DNA of 64,000 nt. Source: Methanobacteriota archaeon (GTDB lineage Archaea > Thermoplasmatota > Poseidoniia > Poseidoniales > Thalassarchaeaceae). Shown one piece after another: positions 10,485 to 20,165 of the stretch. The notes under the pieces are model-generated. The model was not told the origin of the DNA and did no database searches. It saw only the letters and a program-made list of their open reading frames with translations. Where the stretch lies: the NCBI GenBank assembly GCA_002722595.1, contig PBMO01000021.1, positions 3,217 through 67,216 on the forward strand. Reading direction: 5' to 3'. Made by a program: the position numbers and the translations under genes. How positions within the stretch are numbered: position 1 is the stretch's first letter; each line of letters begins with the position of its first letter.

Positions 10485-11495
10485 TTATCCTGAGATCTCT
10501 TTCAACCAAGTCTGGAATGTACAAGCCTGACAAACAGGTTGACTTGAAGGTGAGCCGCAGTTTGAGCATTCTGACGCTTGACCGGATTTCCATGATTTTG
10601 GTGGATTATCGGTAGAACTCCACAGTTTTCTGATTGCGTCCATCGAGTGTACAAGCCCATGCATTGTGCCAGGGTTAGAAGCTTCCATTTCGGCCAAATA
10701 AGCTCTATGTTTCTGTCTCAACGCTCCGGTTGCATGTGGACAATCATCATGGTGTATGGGTAACCCTTCTCCAACAGCATAAGCATGAATTTCCCTCTCG
10801 GGGACCCAGCGCAATGGAACAATCCTAGGGACAAGGCCATCAAGAGGGGTTGATGTGTGGGGCGCTAATCGAATGATGCGCTCCATCTCTCCTTTCCCTA
10901 GATTCATTAGAACTGATTGTGCAGTATCATCCAAGTTATGTCCTAAAGCCATCCACTTTGCACCTACTTTATCTGCTAAGGCGTTCAAACCCTGTCTGCG
11001 GAAAACACCACAATAAGAGCATGGTTTCATACCTCGCGCCTCTTTGTGTAATTTGGATAACTGGGGCATTGATTTGACCACTGCATCCATTCTGTCGAAA
11101 CCTAGGTCTGGATATGCAATCGTTTCGAATCTTAAATTCAGAGACTCAGCAAGAGAACGAGCGCACTCCATTGACGGGGATCGATATCCATCAATTCCTT
11201 CATCAACACAACCACAAACGAGTTCAACATCTCTTCTTGATCCAACTATCTTCACCATCATATCTAAGAGAACAGCAGAATCTTTTCCACCAGAGATACA
11301 CACCAATATCACTGCGGGATTTCCATTTTCATCACGAGCATCAGACGGTAAACCAAGCTGGTTACGGAGTGCCTTTGAAACACGCTTCTTGATTGATTTT
11401 TTCAGATGAAATTGGCACAAATGCTGTCCACTGTATATTTGGTGAATCACAGCATGGTGTTCACAGCGACTACATGATTGCACATCTAATGACAT
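10485..11495 (-). CDS. tRNA 2-thiolation protein, TtuA/NcsA (TIGR00269) family
   Basis: PP-loop SGGKDS, CSYCGVFRR, GHNLDD, N- and C-terminal zinc fingers. Confidence 0.88.
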   Translation of the reverse strand: MSLDVQSCSRCEHHAVIHQIYSGQHLCQFHLKKSIKKRVSKALRNQLGLPSDARDENGNPAVILVCISGGKDSAVLLDMMVKIVGSRRDVELVCGCVDEGIDGYRSPSMECARSLAESLNLRFETIAYPDLGFDRMDAVVKSMPQLSKLHKEARGMKPCSYCGVFRRQGLNALADKVGAKWMALGHNLDDTAQSVLMNLGKGEMERIIRLAPHTSTPLDGLVPRIVPLRWVPEREIHAYAVGEGLPIHHDDCPHATGALRQKHRAYLAEMEASNPGTMHGLVHSMDAIRKLWSSTDNPPKSWKSGQASECSNCGSPSSQPVCQACTFQTWLKEISG

Positions 11496-11552
11496 GGACG
11501 TTATTGCCGGGCGGCCACCCCTTCTTCAATTCGACCGTTAAATACATTTTAT

Positions 11553-11686
11553 TTTTTCAATTGGAAAATAGATTTTTCAATTGGAAATTAAAATATTATA
11601 AATATGTATTCCAATGGCTAATAATTGCTACGAATCATGGGTTCCAAAGTCTTGTAAAACAGTAAAACACAGTATTTTTCAGTTGG
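11553..11686. repeat. AT-rich intergenic region with ORB-like repeats (candidate replication origin)
   Basis: TTTTTCAATTGGAAA at 11553-11567 and 11573-11587; degenerate TTTTTCAGTTGG at 11675-11686; opposite-orientation TTCCAA at 11609 and 11642; A/T tract 11588-11610. Confidence 0.45.
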
Positions 11687-11707
11687 CGAATTAAATTCAC
11701 CCACCAA

Positions 11708-11727
11708 ACGGCCCCCAAAGGGGCCGT
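11708..11727. promoter_or_regulatory. GC-rich inverted repeat (8-bp stem)
   Basis: ACGGCCCC-CAAA-GGGGCCGT. Confidence 0.4.
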
Positions 11728-11781
11728 CAAGGGGCAAGTTCTTGAAGGCGTATTCTGCCTGAGTGAATCTTGAGGATAACT

Positions 11782-12087
11782 ATGTTGAATCGTTTGCTCT
11801 CAAATATTGAGCAAATAGACGCTTGTCTCATCACAGGTGATGGCCACCAGATTAGTGGTGAAGGTGAAGCAAACATCGATCTATTGCACCAAGCAATGAA
11901 GATGGCAGCATCGCTTGAAATAGGACAGGTTGAAGAAATGTGGTTTGAAGGTGAAGACGTTTGTACAGTCAGGACAATCAAAGGAGGTTGCAGTCTTTGG
12001 TTGAGTAGCAAAACACTTCCCGTAGGGCGTCTGAGTCATGAGGCCCGATTTCTGCAACCAGTAATAGAGGATTTAATTGAGGTGTAA
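11782..12087 (+). CDS. Roadblock/LC7 (MglB-like) small protein
   Basis: ~100 aa; ACLITGDGHQI..IGQVEEMWFEG..PVGRLSHEAR fits the Roadblock pattern. Confidence 0.65.
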   Translation: MLNRLLSNIEQIDACLITGDGHQISGEGEANIDLLHQAMKMAASLEIGQVEEMWFEGEDVCTVRTIKGGCSLWLSSKTLPVGRLSHEARFLQPVIEDLIEV

Positions 12088-12089
12088 AA

Positions 12090-15000
12090 ATGTTTAATCT
12101 ACCCCCTGGAGATAGTGTCGACGCAGAGATCGATTTGAGCGTAGGTCAAAATCAAATACCGTTTGAAAATGGAGCAATATCTCATTTCAAACCGCGAGCA
12201 AAAACTGCTTGTGCGCATCGTTTGGTTTACGGTGGAGAAGTAGTTGGCTGGATGGCTGAAGCGGAAACTAAGCATACTTTTGTCACCGGAGATGCTGCTA
12301 AGGCAAGGTTGCTAGAACTTGCAGATTCACATGATTTACGTGCAACTGCAGTGTCATGGAACATAGCCCAATTCACCCAAGTAGCTAGGCAGATACCAGA
12401 GTCGTTCTCAGACCCCTCACATCTTGCATCACTTCTCGCTCAAGGCTCAGCAGCGTTACCAATTGACACAAAAGATCTCGCACTACTTGTAGACCGGCTA
12501 ACAGAATCGAAGGAAGTTCTTGGGGCATTAGCTTTTGAAGAAGGAGTCGTGATACATCATGCTGGTGAATTGCCATCTACGCCCGAGGACCTTGCAATTA
12601 CCGGCCAAGAACACCTCAGTGGTATATCTGAGAAATTCTCTCAGCCAGAGTCTCTATCTGCCAACTTACGTCTTGAAGGTGGACAACTGATGCTTACAGA
12701 AGCAGGGCAAGCATCTGTTGCAATTTGGTGCCGCCATGGTTCCGATGCTCAAGCAATACTTTCGAATGCGGCCACTTTAGTTGGAGATGCTGAAGAGAAT
12801 TTAGATTTGGATTCTGATGAACTTCCAGCGGGCTTCATCACCAAAGAATCGAAGTCAGGGGTCGACCAACTTCTTTCCCACCTTCGTTTAGCACACGATG
12901 ATAGGGTAACCGGATACATCACCTCTATTTCAGATACTGATGAGCCGATTTTGATTACTCTAGTAGACGGTGTGCCCAATGGAATCAGGGGTACAAGTGG
13001 AAGTGAATTGAGTGATTTAGTGCACACAATGACAACTTCATCTAGAAGGCTACAATCGCATCGATTAGAACGCCGTGCTAAATTAGGTCTGTATGGTTCG
13101 ACAGTGGAAGACTTTTCTTTGGCCCATATGGTTGATACGATATCTAATTGCAGGACTCGTTCTGATGAGAGGAAGAAACTCGTATTAGGGAGGTTAGAAA
13201 CTCTACTTGGTTTTGATTTAGGACTAGAATCGATGGAATCAGGGCGAAGGTCTTGGAAAATCCTCGAGAGCAATGCCACAACTGCTAAGGTAACTTCTGA
13301 TGAACCTGAAGAAGTGGACAATAAAACCAAATTGATGCCAGTATCCAGTGAAAAAGTGCTTACTCCTATTGCAGGAGAAATCAAGAAAAGACTGGAACAA
13401 TTGGAACACAGTCTCATATCCTTAGAGCGTGAGAAAGCAAGATTAGAGCGTGAATTAAGTGATGCTAGAGCAGCACGTGACGATGCTAGGGATGCTAAAC
13501 ATGAATTGGAAGCAGCTCTAGCAGATGCGCGAGACCAACGTAGCGAATTGCACAGAGAAATAGATGATTTATCAGCAAAGGTTAGAACCACACAGATTCA
13601 AAATGATGAGGCGAACTCAATTTCAGACAGACTTTCCAAGAGAATATCAGAATTGGAACATATGGTGGAAAAGAGGGCCGAAGAACTAGCGAGTGCATTA
13701 GGTGAATTCGATTCTCGAGAAGAACTACTTTCTGACTTGAGAGAACTATCAAATCAAGAAGCCACCATAAAGTCAGAATTGAGTGCAGCAGATGTTCGGC
13801 TAGACGAGGTACGTAAGTCACTTGACCATGACGAAAGATTACAGAGAGTATTGACAGAACAAGTGAGTGCACAACGGGATCGTCACCGCACTGGTCAGGC
13901 TGAGATTGACGAATTAGAAAGGAGAATTGAAAGTCAGCGTGCAGAATTGGCTGAACTCGATGCAGAGGGCCATGCCCATCGTCGTTTGATGGAAGAGGAG
14001 AGGGGCCGAATGATGGATTCTGAAAGGAAATCCACCATCATGCAATCTGAACTTCGGGAGATGATGGAAGAGCGTCGGTTATTACTCAGAGAACTTGGTG
14101 ATTTAGATGCGAGGAAGGCCCAATCTGAAACAGAATTACGCATGCTTCTTGAACAAGCTGAAGATTTACAGGAAGCACATGAAATGGCCCTACTTGACTT
14201 ACAGGAAGCAGATCGAATCAGGGCTCGATTAGCAGAAGAACCCCTGGCTCAAGCACTTTTGGGTGATGAACGAGGTCTTTCTAGCCTTGAACCTGTACTT
14301 GACAGAATGGCCAATGCTAGAAGTAGAGGTTACAGTATAGTATTACTCGATCGTGCAGTTGAACGTGCCTTAACCATCGTCCAACATTGTGTTGATGAGG
14401 TCGCTAAAACTCCACGACACCTTCTTTCAATGGAAGTTATGGAGTTGCTAGAAAGACAGGCACCTGAGACGGCATCAACTGTCAGAGGTCTAACTAGATG
14501 GTCAGTACAATCACGTTTGGAGCATCAACTCGCTGAAACAGTACAACATGTTGTTATTGACTTGGAAGGATTGCTAGATGAGTACGAACGTTCAGTGACG
14601 ATGCTTGCGCAAATGCAAGACGTACTCAGAGCACTAGTAGATCTTGGTCTTCCTTCTGAGGACATAAAGCCACTAGAGCGATTTAGTCACATGCCTGAAG
14701 CATTACCATACATATCAGTTGAAGTGCGTCGTTTAATTCAGAAATCTTTGGATGATATCTATCTAGATGCAGATCGACGGAATGCGGGTGATGCGGTTGG
14801 CTTGGCTGAAACTGTGGAAGTGTTAGAATCTCTTCTGAGAAGGCTGGATGTAGCAGGATTGACTGGGGAAGAACCACATGGTTCACTTTGGTCTTTCCAA
14901 AAAACAGGAAGTTTGCCATTTGAAGTGGATGGACTTGCTAGACACGAACGTCCTGAAATTAACACAGAAGCTGTTAGGCATATGAATCCGGTAGAAGACG

Positions 15001-15365
15001 TTTCACAGAGCGATATACCCATTATTCAAGGTAATATTACACCATCTGCTCCATCAACACCCACTATTGAGGAAGCAAGTTCGGCTCCTGCATCTAACTC
15101 AACTTGGCAACCAATTGAAGAAGCATCGGAATCAGACGGTGTCGATATTTCGACGAGAATATCAGTTGGATTGATTCCTTCTGACACTCCCGGTTTGACG
15201 GAAGAGGCTGCGCTGATGGCAGATATTGATATGGCTCTCGCAGAAGTTGATTCAGCATCAGATATGCGTGAAGGTACAGAAAATGGGGTGACTCCCCCTG
15301 CAGATCCGGTTAAGAGAGACGCTCTCGATGATTTAGAGCGCGAACTTTCGGACATCGATATGTGA
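12090..15365 (+). CDS. Large coiled-coil protein with N-terminal PATAN/DUF2226-like and Roadblock-like domains
   Basis: Roadblock-like segment (VLGALAFEEGVVIHHAGE) flanked by two LPxG-initiated domains; heptad region from ~aa 425; acidic tail; no Walker A motif seen. Confidence 0.65.
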   Translation: MFNLPPGDSVDAEIDLSVGQNQIPFENGAISHFKPRAKTACAHRLVYGGEVVGWMAEAETKHTFVTGDAAKARLLELADSHDLRATAVSWNIAQFTQVARQIPESFSDPSHLASLLAQGSAALPIDTKDLALLVDRLTESKEVLGALAFEEGVVIHHAGELPSTPEDLAITGQEHLSGISEKFSQPESLSANLRLEGGQLMLTEAGQASVAIWCRHGSDAQAILSNAATLVGDAEENLDLDSDELPAGFITKESKSGVDQLLSHLRLAHDDRVTGYITSISDTDEPILITLVDGVPNGIRGTSGSELSDLVHTMTTSSRRLQSHRLERRAKLGLYGSTVEDFSLAHMVDTISNCRTRSDERKKLVLGRLETLLGFDLGLESMESGRRSWKILESNATTAKVTSDEPEEVDNKTKLMPVSSEKVLTPIAGEIKKRLEQLEHSLISLEREKARLERELSDARAARDDARDAKHELEAALADARDQRSELHREIDDLSAKVRTTQIQNDEANSISDRLSKRISELEHMVEKRAEELASALGEFDSREELLSDLRELSNQEATIKSELSAADVRLDEVRKSLDHDERLQRVLTEQVSAQRDRHRTGQAEIDELERRIESQRAELAELDAEGHAHRRLMEEERGRMMDSERKSTIMQSELREMMEERRLLLRELGDLDARKAQSETELRMLLEQAEDLQEAHEMALLDLQEADRIRARLAEEPLAQALLGDERGLSSLEPVLDRMANARSRGYSIVLLDRAVERALTIVQHCVDEVAKTPRHLLSMEVMELLERQAPETASTVRGLTRWSVQSRLEHQLAETVQHVVIDLEGLLDEYERSVTMLAQMQDVLRALVDLGLPSEDIKPLERFSHMPEALPYISVEVRRLIQKSLDDIYLDADRRNAGDAVGLAETVEVLESLLRRLDVAGLTGEEPHGSLWSFQKTGSLPFEVDGLARHERPEINTEAVRHMNPVEDVSQSDIPIIQGNITPSAPSTPTIEEASSAPASNSTWQPIEEASESDGVDISTRISVGLIPSDTPGLTEEAALMADIDMALAEVDSASDMREGTENGVTPPADPVKRDALDDLERELSDIDM

Positions 15366-15375
15366 GGTATGTGCC

Positions 15376-15624
15376 TTGGCTAATTTTGAAGAAACCCTTA
15401 CTCTCAGGCAGGAGACACATGGTAAGAGTTATCCAAATTGGTTAGAGAAGATAGGTTTCGTAGTTGCGTTATCCCTCTCAATTTATTGTGGCTATTGGCT
15501 TTGGCAGAAATCTGATTTACCCGATATCATATTATGGTTCAGCACATTTTGCCTTCTCCCAATATTCACCCTTCTGTTAGGTGAAACCATCGCTAGGATG
15601 ATACATTTTTCACAGAAATCCTGA
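15376..15624 (+). CDS. Small two-TM membrane protein
   Basis: GAGGT Shine-Dalgarno before TTG; two hydrophobic helices; follows the previous gene by 10 bp. Confidence 0.6.
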   Translation: MANFEETLTLRQETHGKSYPNWLEKIGFVVALSLSIYCGYWLWQKSDLPDIILWFSTFCLLPIFTLLLGETIARMIHFSQKS

Positions 15625-15625
15625 A

Positions 15626-16882
15626 TCATGGATTCGAATTGCCTTTCTTGTTTAGAGCGGCTTCGATTAATCCAGAAACCCTTTGCCATGGTACGATATA
15701 TTTGAGTCCAGCTACAAATGTAAGGAACAGCATAGCTGAAATCACTTTACCATAAGTAAGTCGTAATTCTAATGATTCCTTAACTTGACCACTCCACTGC
15801 CCAGAACCAGTCCAACCTACAACATCAATGATGAGGTCATCGAATTTAAGGGCAAGCATTGTCACAAAACCTACTGCGAAAATCACAACGACAGTATGCT
15901 GCATATGTGTATTCAGAATACTTTGGAATTGGCGCACATATTCTGGGTCTTTCTTGCAAGATTCAGGAAGCCGGAATGCATACTCGAGAAACCTGATTGT
16001 TGCATGAGCAGTTTCAGAATATAACATCAACAAAACGGCAACAAGTAGCAATTCCCAAACTTGTCCAGAGATAAGGCCGCCAAGTGTGTCAGTTTCACCG
16101 ATTTGAGTTGGAAGTGGATTCAATCCAGGAGCATTTGGGTTACTCACACTTGAGAGAAGGGCCACGATTCCTTCGTAAGATAGAAGGGCGTACAAACCAA
16201 GGAAAACTAGAATGTATGCCATCGACCAATTAATCATCCGCTTCGATAGGCCCCAAATCCCCATCAAGCCAAATAGGACTGGAGCTAGGTAGAAAAGAAC
16301 GATTAGCAATTGGATATACACAGATAACGGCCAAATCAAATGATTAGCGTGATTGAGTGAATCATCTGCATTTCCAAAGGGCCAATATAGTTCGAATTGA
16401 GTAATCATCCCAAATGTCCATGTTAGAATGAACATTCCAGCAAGGAATAGGATCATTGAACCCAATAATGCAAGTGTAATTTTTCGTCGGCGGGCTGGTG
16501 GCTGGAAGTTCAGTGCCACCCAACCTGCTGCTATCACCATGCAGAGAATAATTGGAACGTAATAGCGTCCATCACCTTGGTTCCCTAGCCCAGTCACCCA
16601 ATTGGGTATAGGTAATTTTTCAAACGCCCCCCCTTCTGAAAAACTCATTTCAATTTGAGCAAGGGTCAGCGTATGATCTAGCGCAGGACACCATTCACCG
16701 CTAGCAATGTAATCTGGATGACAGTAACCAAAGATACGAGTTAAAGTTAGGAACAACCAGATTAGTGCAATACTTGCTACCAGTTGCAAACCAACAACTC
16801 GCCACTCCTTTCTCAGAGTGCGCAGATGAAGGGTAATTAGCCCCTCTTCCTGTTGAGCAACATCTTCTGCCATTTTCACCAC
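15626..16882 (-). CDS. Polytopic membrane protein, unknown function
   Basis: ~8 TM segments; last gene of the DUF58 operon. Confidence 0.7.
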   Translation of the reverse strand: MVKMAEDVAQQEEGLITLHLRTLRKEWRVVGLQLVASIALIWLFLTLTRIFGYCHPDYIASGEWCPALDHTLTLAQIEMSFSEGGAFEKLPIPNWVTGLGNQGDGRYYVPIILCMVIAAGWVALNFQPPARRRKITLALLGSMILFLAGMFILTWTFGMITQFELYWPFGNADDSLNHANHLIWPLSVYIQLLIVLFYLAPVLFGLMGIWGLSKRMINWSMAYILVFLGLYALLSYEGIVALLSSVSNPNAPGLNPLPTQIGETDTLGGLISGQVWELLLVAVLLMLYSETAHATIRFLEYAFRLPESCKKDPEYVRQFQSILNTHMQHTVVVIFAVGFVTMLALKFDDLIIDVVGWTGSGQWSGQVKESLELRLTYGKVISAMLFLTFVAGLKYIVPWQRVSGLIEAALNKKGNSNP

Positions 16883-16883
16883 C

Positions 16884-18134
16884 CTACATTTTCACCTGTA
16901 ATAACGCCTGACTAAGTTCTACATCTGGCATCCAGTCAATCACTCTTGCACCATATCCTGCAACTGCAGACAATCTGTTCTGTCTCTCCAATTTCATTAC
17001 TTCATAGGACATTCTTGGTATGCGGCTAACAAGCCGCTCATAATCAATACTTGATGGGCTTAGAACCACAACTTCGTGACCCCGTCCTGCTAAATCACGA
17101 ATTGCGTGGGGAACAGTACCATCTCCTTCAAGGCTTGATATAATGAAAACAGGGCTTCCACGACTAAATCTAGGAGCCAACGAATTAGTAACAGCCTGTA
17201 GTGGCATATCACCTTTAGGTGCTACTCCAGCTAGGCTAGATAGGACCTTGAAATACTGTTTATCCCCTCCGTCTGCTGGCAGATATGAAAGACTGTCATC
17301 ATAAACAGCCAGTGCAATAGCATCCCTTCTCTTGATAAAATATGATGCTAAACTAGCTGCGGCAACAGTTCCCATTTCGAGTGGATTTTTTAGAACAGTT
17401 CCAATTCTACTGATGTCTCGAGAATCAAGGAGGATGAATACATCAGTAACAGCATCCCGGCATTTTTCATTGACCATCATTACCCCTGTACGGGCAAATG
17501 CTTTCCAGTTGATAATCTTGAATGGATCGCCTGGAACATATTCTCTCAGCGAGTAGAATTCAGAACCCGGACCTGGAGTTCTTAGTGTCATTGCACCAGT
17601 GTACATTTTCGGTGTTCGACTGCGAATCATAGCCTCCTCTATTTCACGTACTTGTGGGAATACGATTAACCCCGAACGATGGTCAATATACATCTCTTGG
17701 CTGAATAGGTTGAACGTGTTTCTGTATCGTACAGAGACGGGGCCGAAAGAATAGTGGCCACGTAGGGGGCATCTCAGAACATAACGAATCCTAGTTGTTT
17801 CACCCGGGCCGAGATTGACTCGCATGTAGTTAAGCCCACTTCTGAGTTTCATTTCATGAGGAACATTGTCGAAGACTTCCAGTTGCTGAGTCCTTCTAAA
17901 CGAACTATTTGTGATTGCCAATTCGACATACAAATCATCACCTTTGTACAAATTGTCTGCTGATAATGTTCTAACAATCTCTAGATTTCCATGGCCAGAT
18001 ACCCATGAATTTATTGCAAGGAATGCAATGAACATGAGGCCTAATATCATCAATTGGAAGTTCGCTATCATCATACCAATGAGAACTAAGGAGATTCCAG
18101 ATGTTAGCAACAATGCTGCTTTACGGGTCCACAT
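16884..18134 (-). CDS. DUF58 (vWA-like) domain protein
   Basis: RGHYSFGP, EFYSLREYVPGDPFKIINWKAFAR. Confidence 0.9.
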   Translation of the reverse strand: MWTRKAALLLTSGISLVLIGMMIANFQLMILGLMFIAFLAINSWVSGHGNLEIVRTLSADNLYKGDDLYVELAITNSSFRRTQQLEVFDNVPHEMKLRSGLNYMRVNLGPGETTRIRYVLRCPLRGHYSFGPVSVRYRNTFNLFSQEMYIDHRSGLIVFPQVREIEEAMIRSRTPKMYTGAMTLRTPGPGSEFYSLREYVPGDPFKIINWKAFARTGVMMVNEKCRDAVTDVFILLDSRDISRIGTVLKNPLEMGTVAAASLASYFIKRRDAIALAVYDDSLSYLPADGGDKQYFKVLSSLAGVAPKGDMPLQAVTNSLAPRFSRGSPVFIISSLEGDGTVPHAIRDLAGRGHEVVVLSPSSIDYERLVSRIPRMSYEVMKLERQNRLSAVAGYGARVIDWMPDVELSQALLQVKM

Positions 18135-19810
18135 TACTTACGCCCCCACATCTTTACACGCTTCACAACAGCAACTAATTGTTCCAAACTATAATTCCGA
18201 TCTTCAAACACGAATTTGATTAATACCGGATCACCAATCATTTTCTGTAACTCTCTAGCAGGCAATGCATCGAATTCATCCCTTGTTAAGGAATTCAGGT
18301 TCCTAACCCGTGATAGCAACACTTGTTTCACTTTATTCGCCCGGCCATAATAGCCATATCGTCTTGCATCTCCAAACCCGTAGTAAATGATACTGAACAC
18401 GTGTCGCCATGGTTCGGGATCAGTTTTCTTGATGATAACTGCCTCAAATGCAATAAATAGAGCAAGGAAAAGGAACAGCATAGCCATCCAATCATTTGTA
18501 AAGTAAACAAGAACGTAGTAAATTAGGTTGTACGTGTCACCCATTGCGCTAGTTTGTTGATGTCTACTTTCATCGAATATTACCTGTTTCCCGAGCCCAG
18601 ATGTACCATTAGTGGTATCATCTCCTGTATGCATTAGAAGTGACTCAGCAATTATATCCAATACCCAACGTCGATTGTCATTCATTGGCATTTGTTGACC
18701 ATTTAGTGCACCATATCCTTCTCGATTTGTTTCCTCCCAATCATAGATTGCATTCATCAGGATTGATCCATCTGTGACGAAAATTGCGCGACCCATAGGT
18801 GGCCCATTGGGTCCTTCAGCACAGTCAGTAATGAGACAAACTTTCACAACAGTGGTAAATGGCCCCTGTTCGTCACTTTCAACACCACCTCCCTCGAAAC
18901 CGACATCACCTCGTCCGTCATCATTCGTATCAAGATATGAATCTGGACTTGAGCCACCCAAGGCATACCGCTCGTTTTCTACATCTTCTGCAGACCCCTT
19001 GTCGAATGCCGATGGAGTATTCATTAGTACGTTGTAATTTGTACTAAAGTTCCAAGTAGTCATCCCATTTTCATCAGTTTCTACGTGATGTGCACAAAGA
19101 CCAGCTTCCGCTTCCCAATCAGGGGTATCCTGGGCATTGATTGAACTATCGGGGTCAGCATCCAAGCGATTAATGATACCATCACCATCACTATCAGCGA
19201 GACATGGATGATAACCAGATGTATCGATATCGTCATAAACATAAGGATTAGTCTCATTCATCCAAACATAGTTGTAATCGAGTTCACGTGCCCAAGCCTC
19301 CTCATCATACAGTTGATGTCCACTGTAACCCAAACCAAATTGCTCAGCAAGTCCCGCTGAATATCCAAAATCATCCATTACCAATATGGTTCCGCCAGAA
19401 ATGACATATTCGACTATAGCCTGAATTTCAGTAGTAGAATACCCTTCAGACTCTGCAAAATCAATAACATCAGCATCATTGGTAAATCTCGGAAGAGAAA
19501 TAGTATCTTGTTCAACACCGGTAACGATGAACACAGTATCTTCTGGATTCTCTAATTCGCCTAAGAGTACAGGACTAGAAATCATACTTGTGGTATCAAC
19601 ATCCATTGCTTTCAAATCTTCACGAAAGGCTGAAAGATCATCCCAATCATCGTCATATGCGGACAAATGTGGGTCACTGTCTACGAGATATGAATTAGCA
19701 ACACTCAATAGCAGTAAAGCGAGCACTGCATAGAATGCTAACATCAGCCCTGCGCGCCTAGTTTTGCGGGATTTCAGAAGAGATTTCAGGTCCATTGAAC
19801 CGAATTTCAT
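18134..19810 (-). CDS. DUF4350-like membrane-anchored extracellular protein
   Basis: N-terminal TM, YVISGGTILVMDDFG, GRAIFVTDGSILMN, VIFDESRH, second TM; one TSP3-like DSDGDGI..D motif. Confidence 0.7.
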   Translation of the reverse strand: MKFGSMDLKSLLKSRKTRRAGLMLAFYAVLALLLLSVANSYLVDSDPHLSAYDDDWDDLSAFREDLKAMDVDTTSMISSPVLLGELENPEDTVFIVTGVEQDTISLPRFTNDADVIDFAESEGYSTTEIQAIVEYVISGGTILVMDDFGYSAGLAEQFGLGYSGHQLYDEEAWARELDYNYVWMNETNPYVYDDIDTSGYHPCLADSDGDGIINRLDADPDSSINAQDTPDWEAEAGLCAHHVETDENGMTTWNFSTNYNVLMNTPSAFDKGSAEDVENERYALGGSSPDSYLDTNDDGRGDVGFEGGGVESDEQGPFTTVVKVCLITDCAEGPNGPPMGRAIFVTDGSILMNAIYDWEETNREGYGALNGQQMPMNDNRRWVLDIIAESLLMHTGDDTTNGTSGLGKQVIFDESRHQQTSAMGDTYNLIYYVLVYFTNDWMAMLFLFLALFIAFEAVIIKKTDPEPWRHVFSIIYYGFGDARRYGYYGRANKVKQVLLSRVRNLNSLTRDEFDALPARELQKMIGDPVLIKFVFEDRNYSLEQLVAVVKRVKMWGRK

Positions 19811-19913
19811 CAGAGGTCGCCCCTCACATCCTTCGGATGTGTGAACCATAGACGATTATCCTAACCTTAAGACGGTTTGGGGGAGTTGGGTGCCTTAGTA
19901 TCAGCCAACATTT

Positions 19914-20156
19914 CTAACGATTTAGGTGTATGTCCTCATCAATCGTAGCAACTTCTTCAGTTGGAATCACCAAATGTTCACCTATCACTGACCATGGGAG
20001 TAAATTAGGATCTAATCCATCATCAAGCTCTAGAAGTAGTCCAAGAATATCTCCACTTGTATCATCTAGAAACAAATCTACCACATGGCCCAAGAAATCT
20101 CCGCGATTATCAACAACCCTGCGACCGGATAGTTCCGAAGAGAATGCTGCTGGCAT
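19914..20156 (-). CDS. PRC-barrel domain protein
   Basis: SELSGRRVVDNRGDFLGHVVDLFLDDTSGDI. Confidence 0.85.
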   Translation of the reverse strand: MPAAFSSELSGRRVVDNRGDFLGHVVDLFLDDTSGDILGLLLELDDGLDPNLLPWSVIGEHLVIPTEEVATIDEDIHLNR

Positions 20157-20165
20157 AGAATCACC

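Noticed and set aside
11393..11665. 90-aa ORF across the AT-rich region
   Set aside because: Overlaps ttuA antisense and simply translates the repeats
12749..13591. Long antisense ORFs (also 21607-22395 and 52063-52638)
   Set aside because: Shadows of well-supported opposite-strand genes
12090..15365. SMC/Rad50 call for the coiled-coil protein
   Set aside because: No Walker A/B, signature motif, hinge or zinc hook seen
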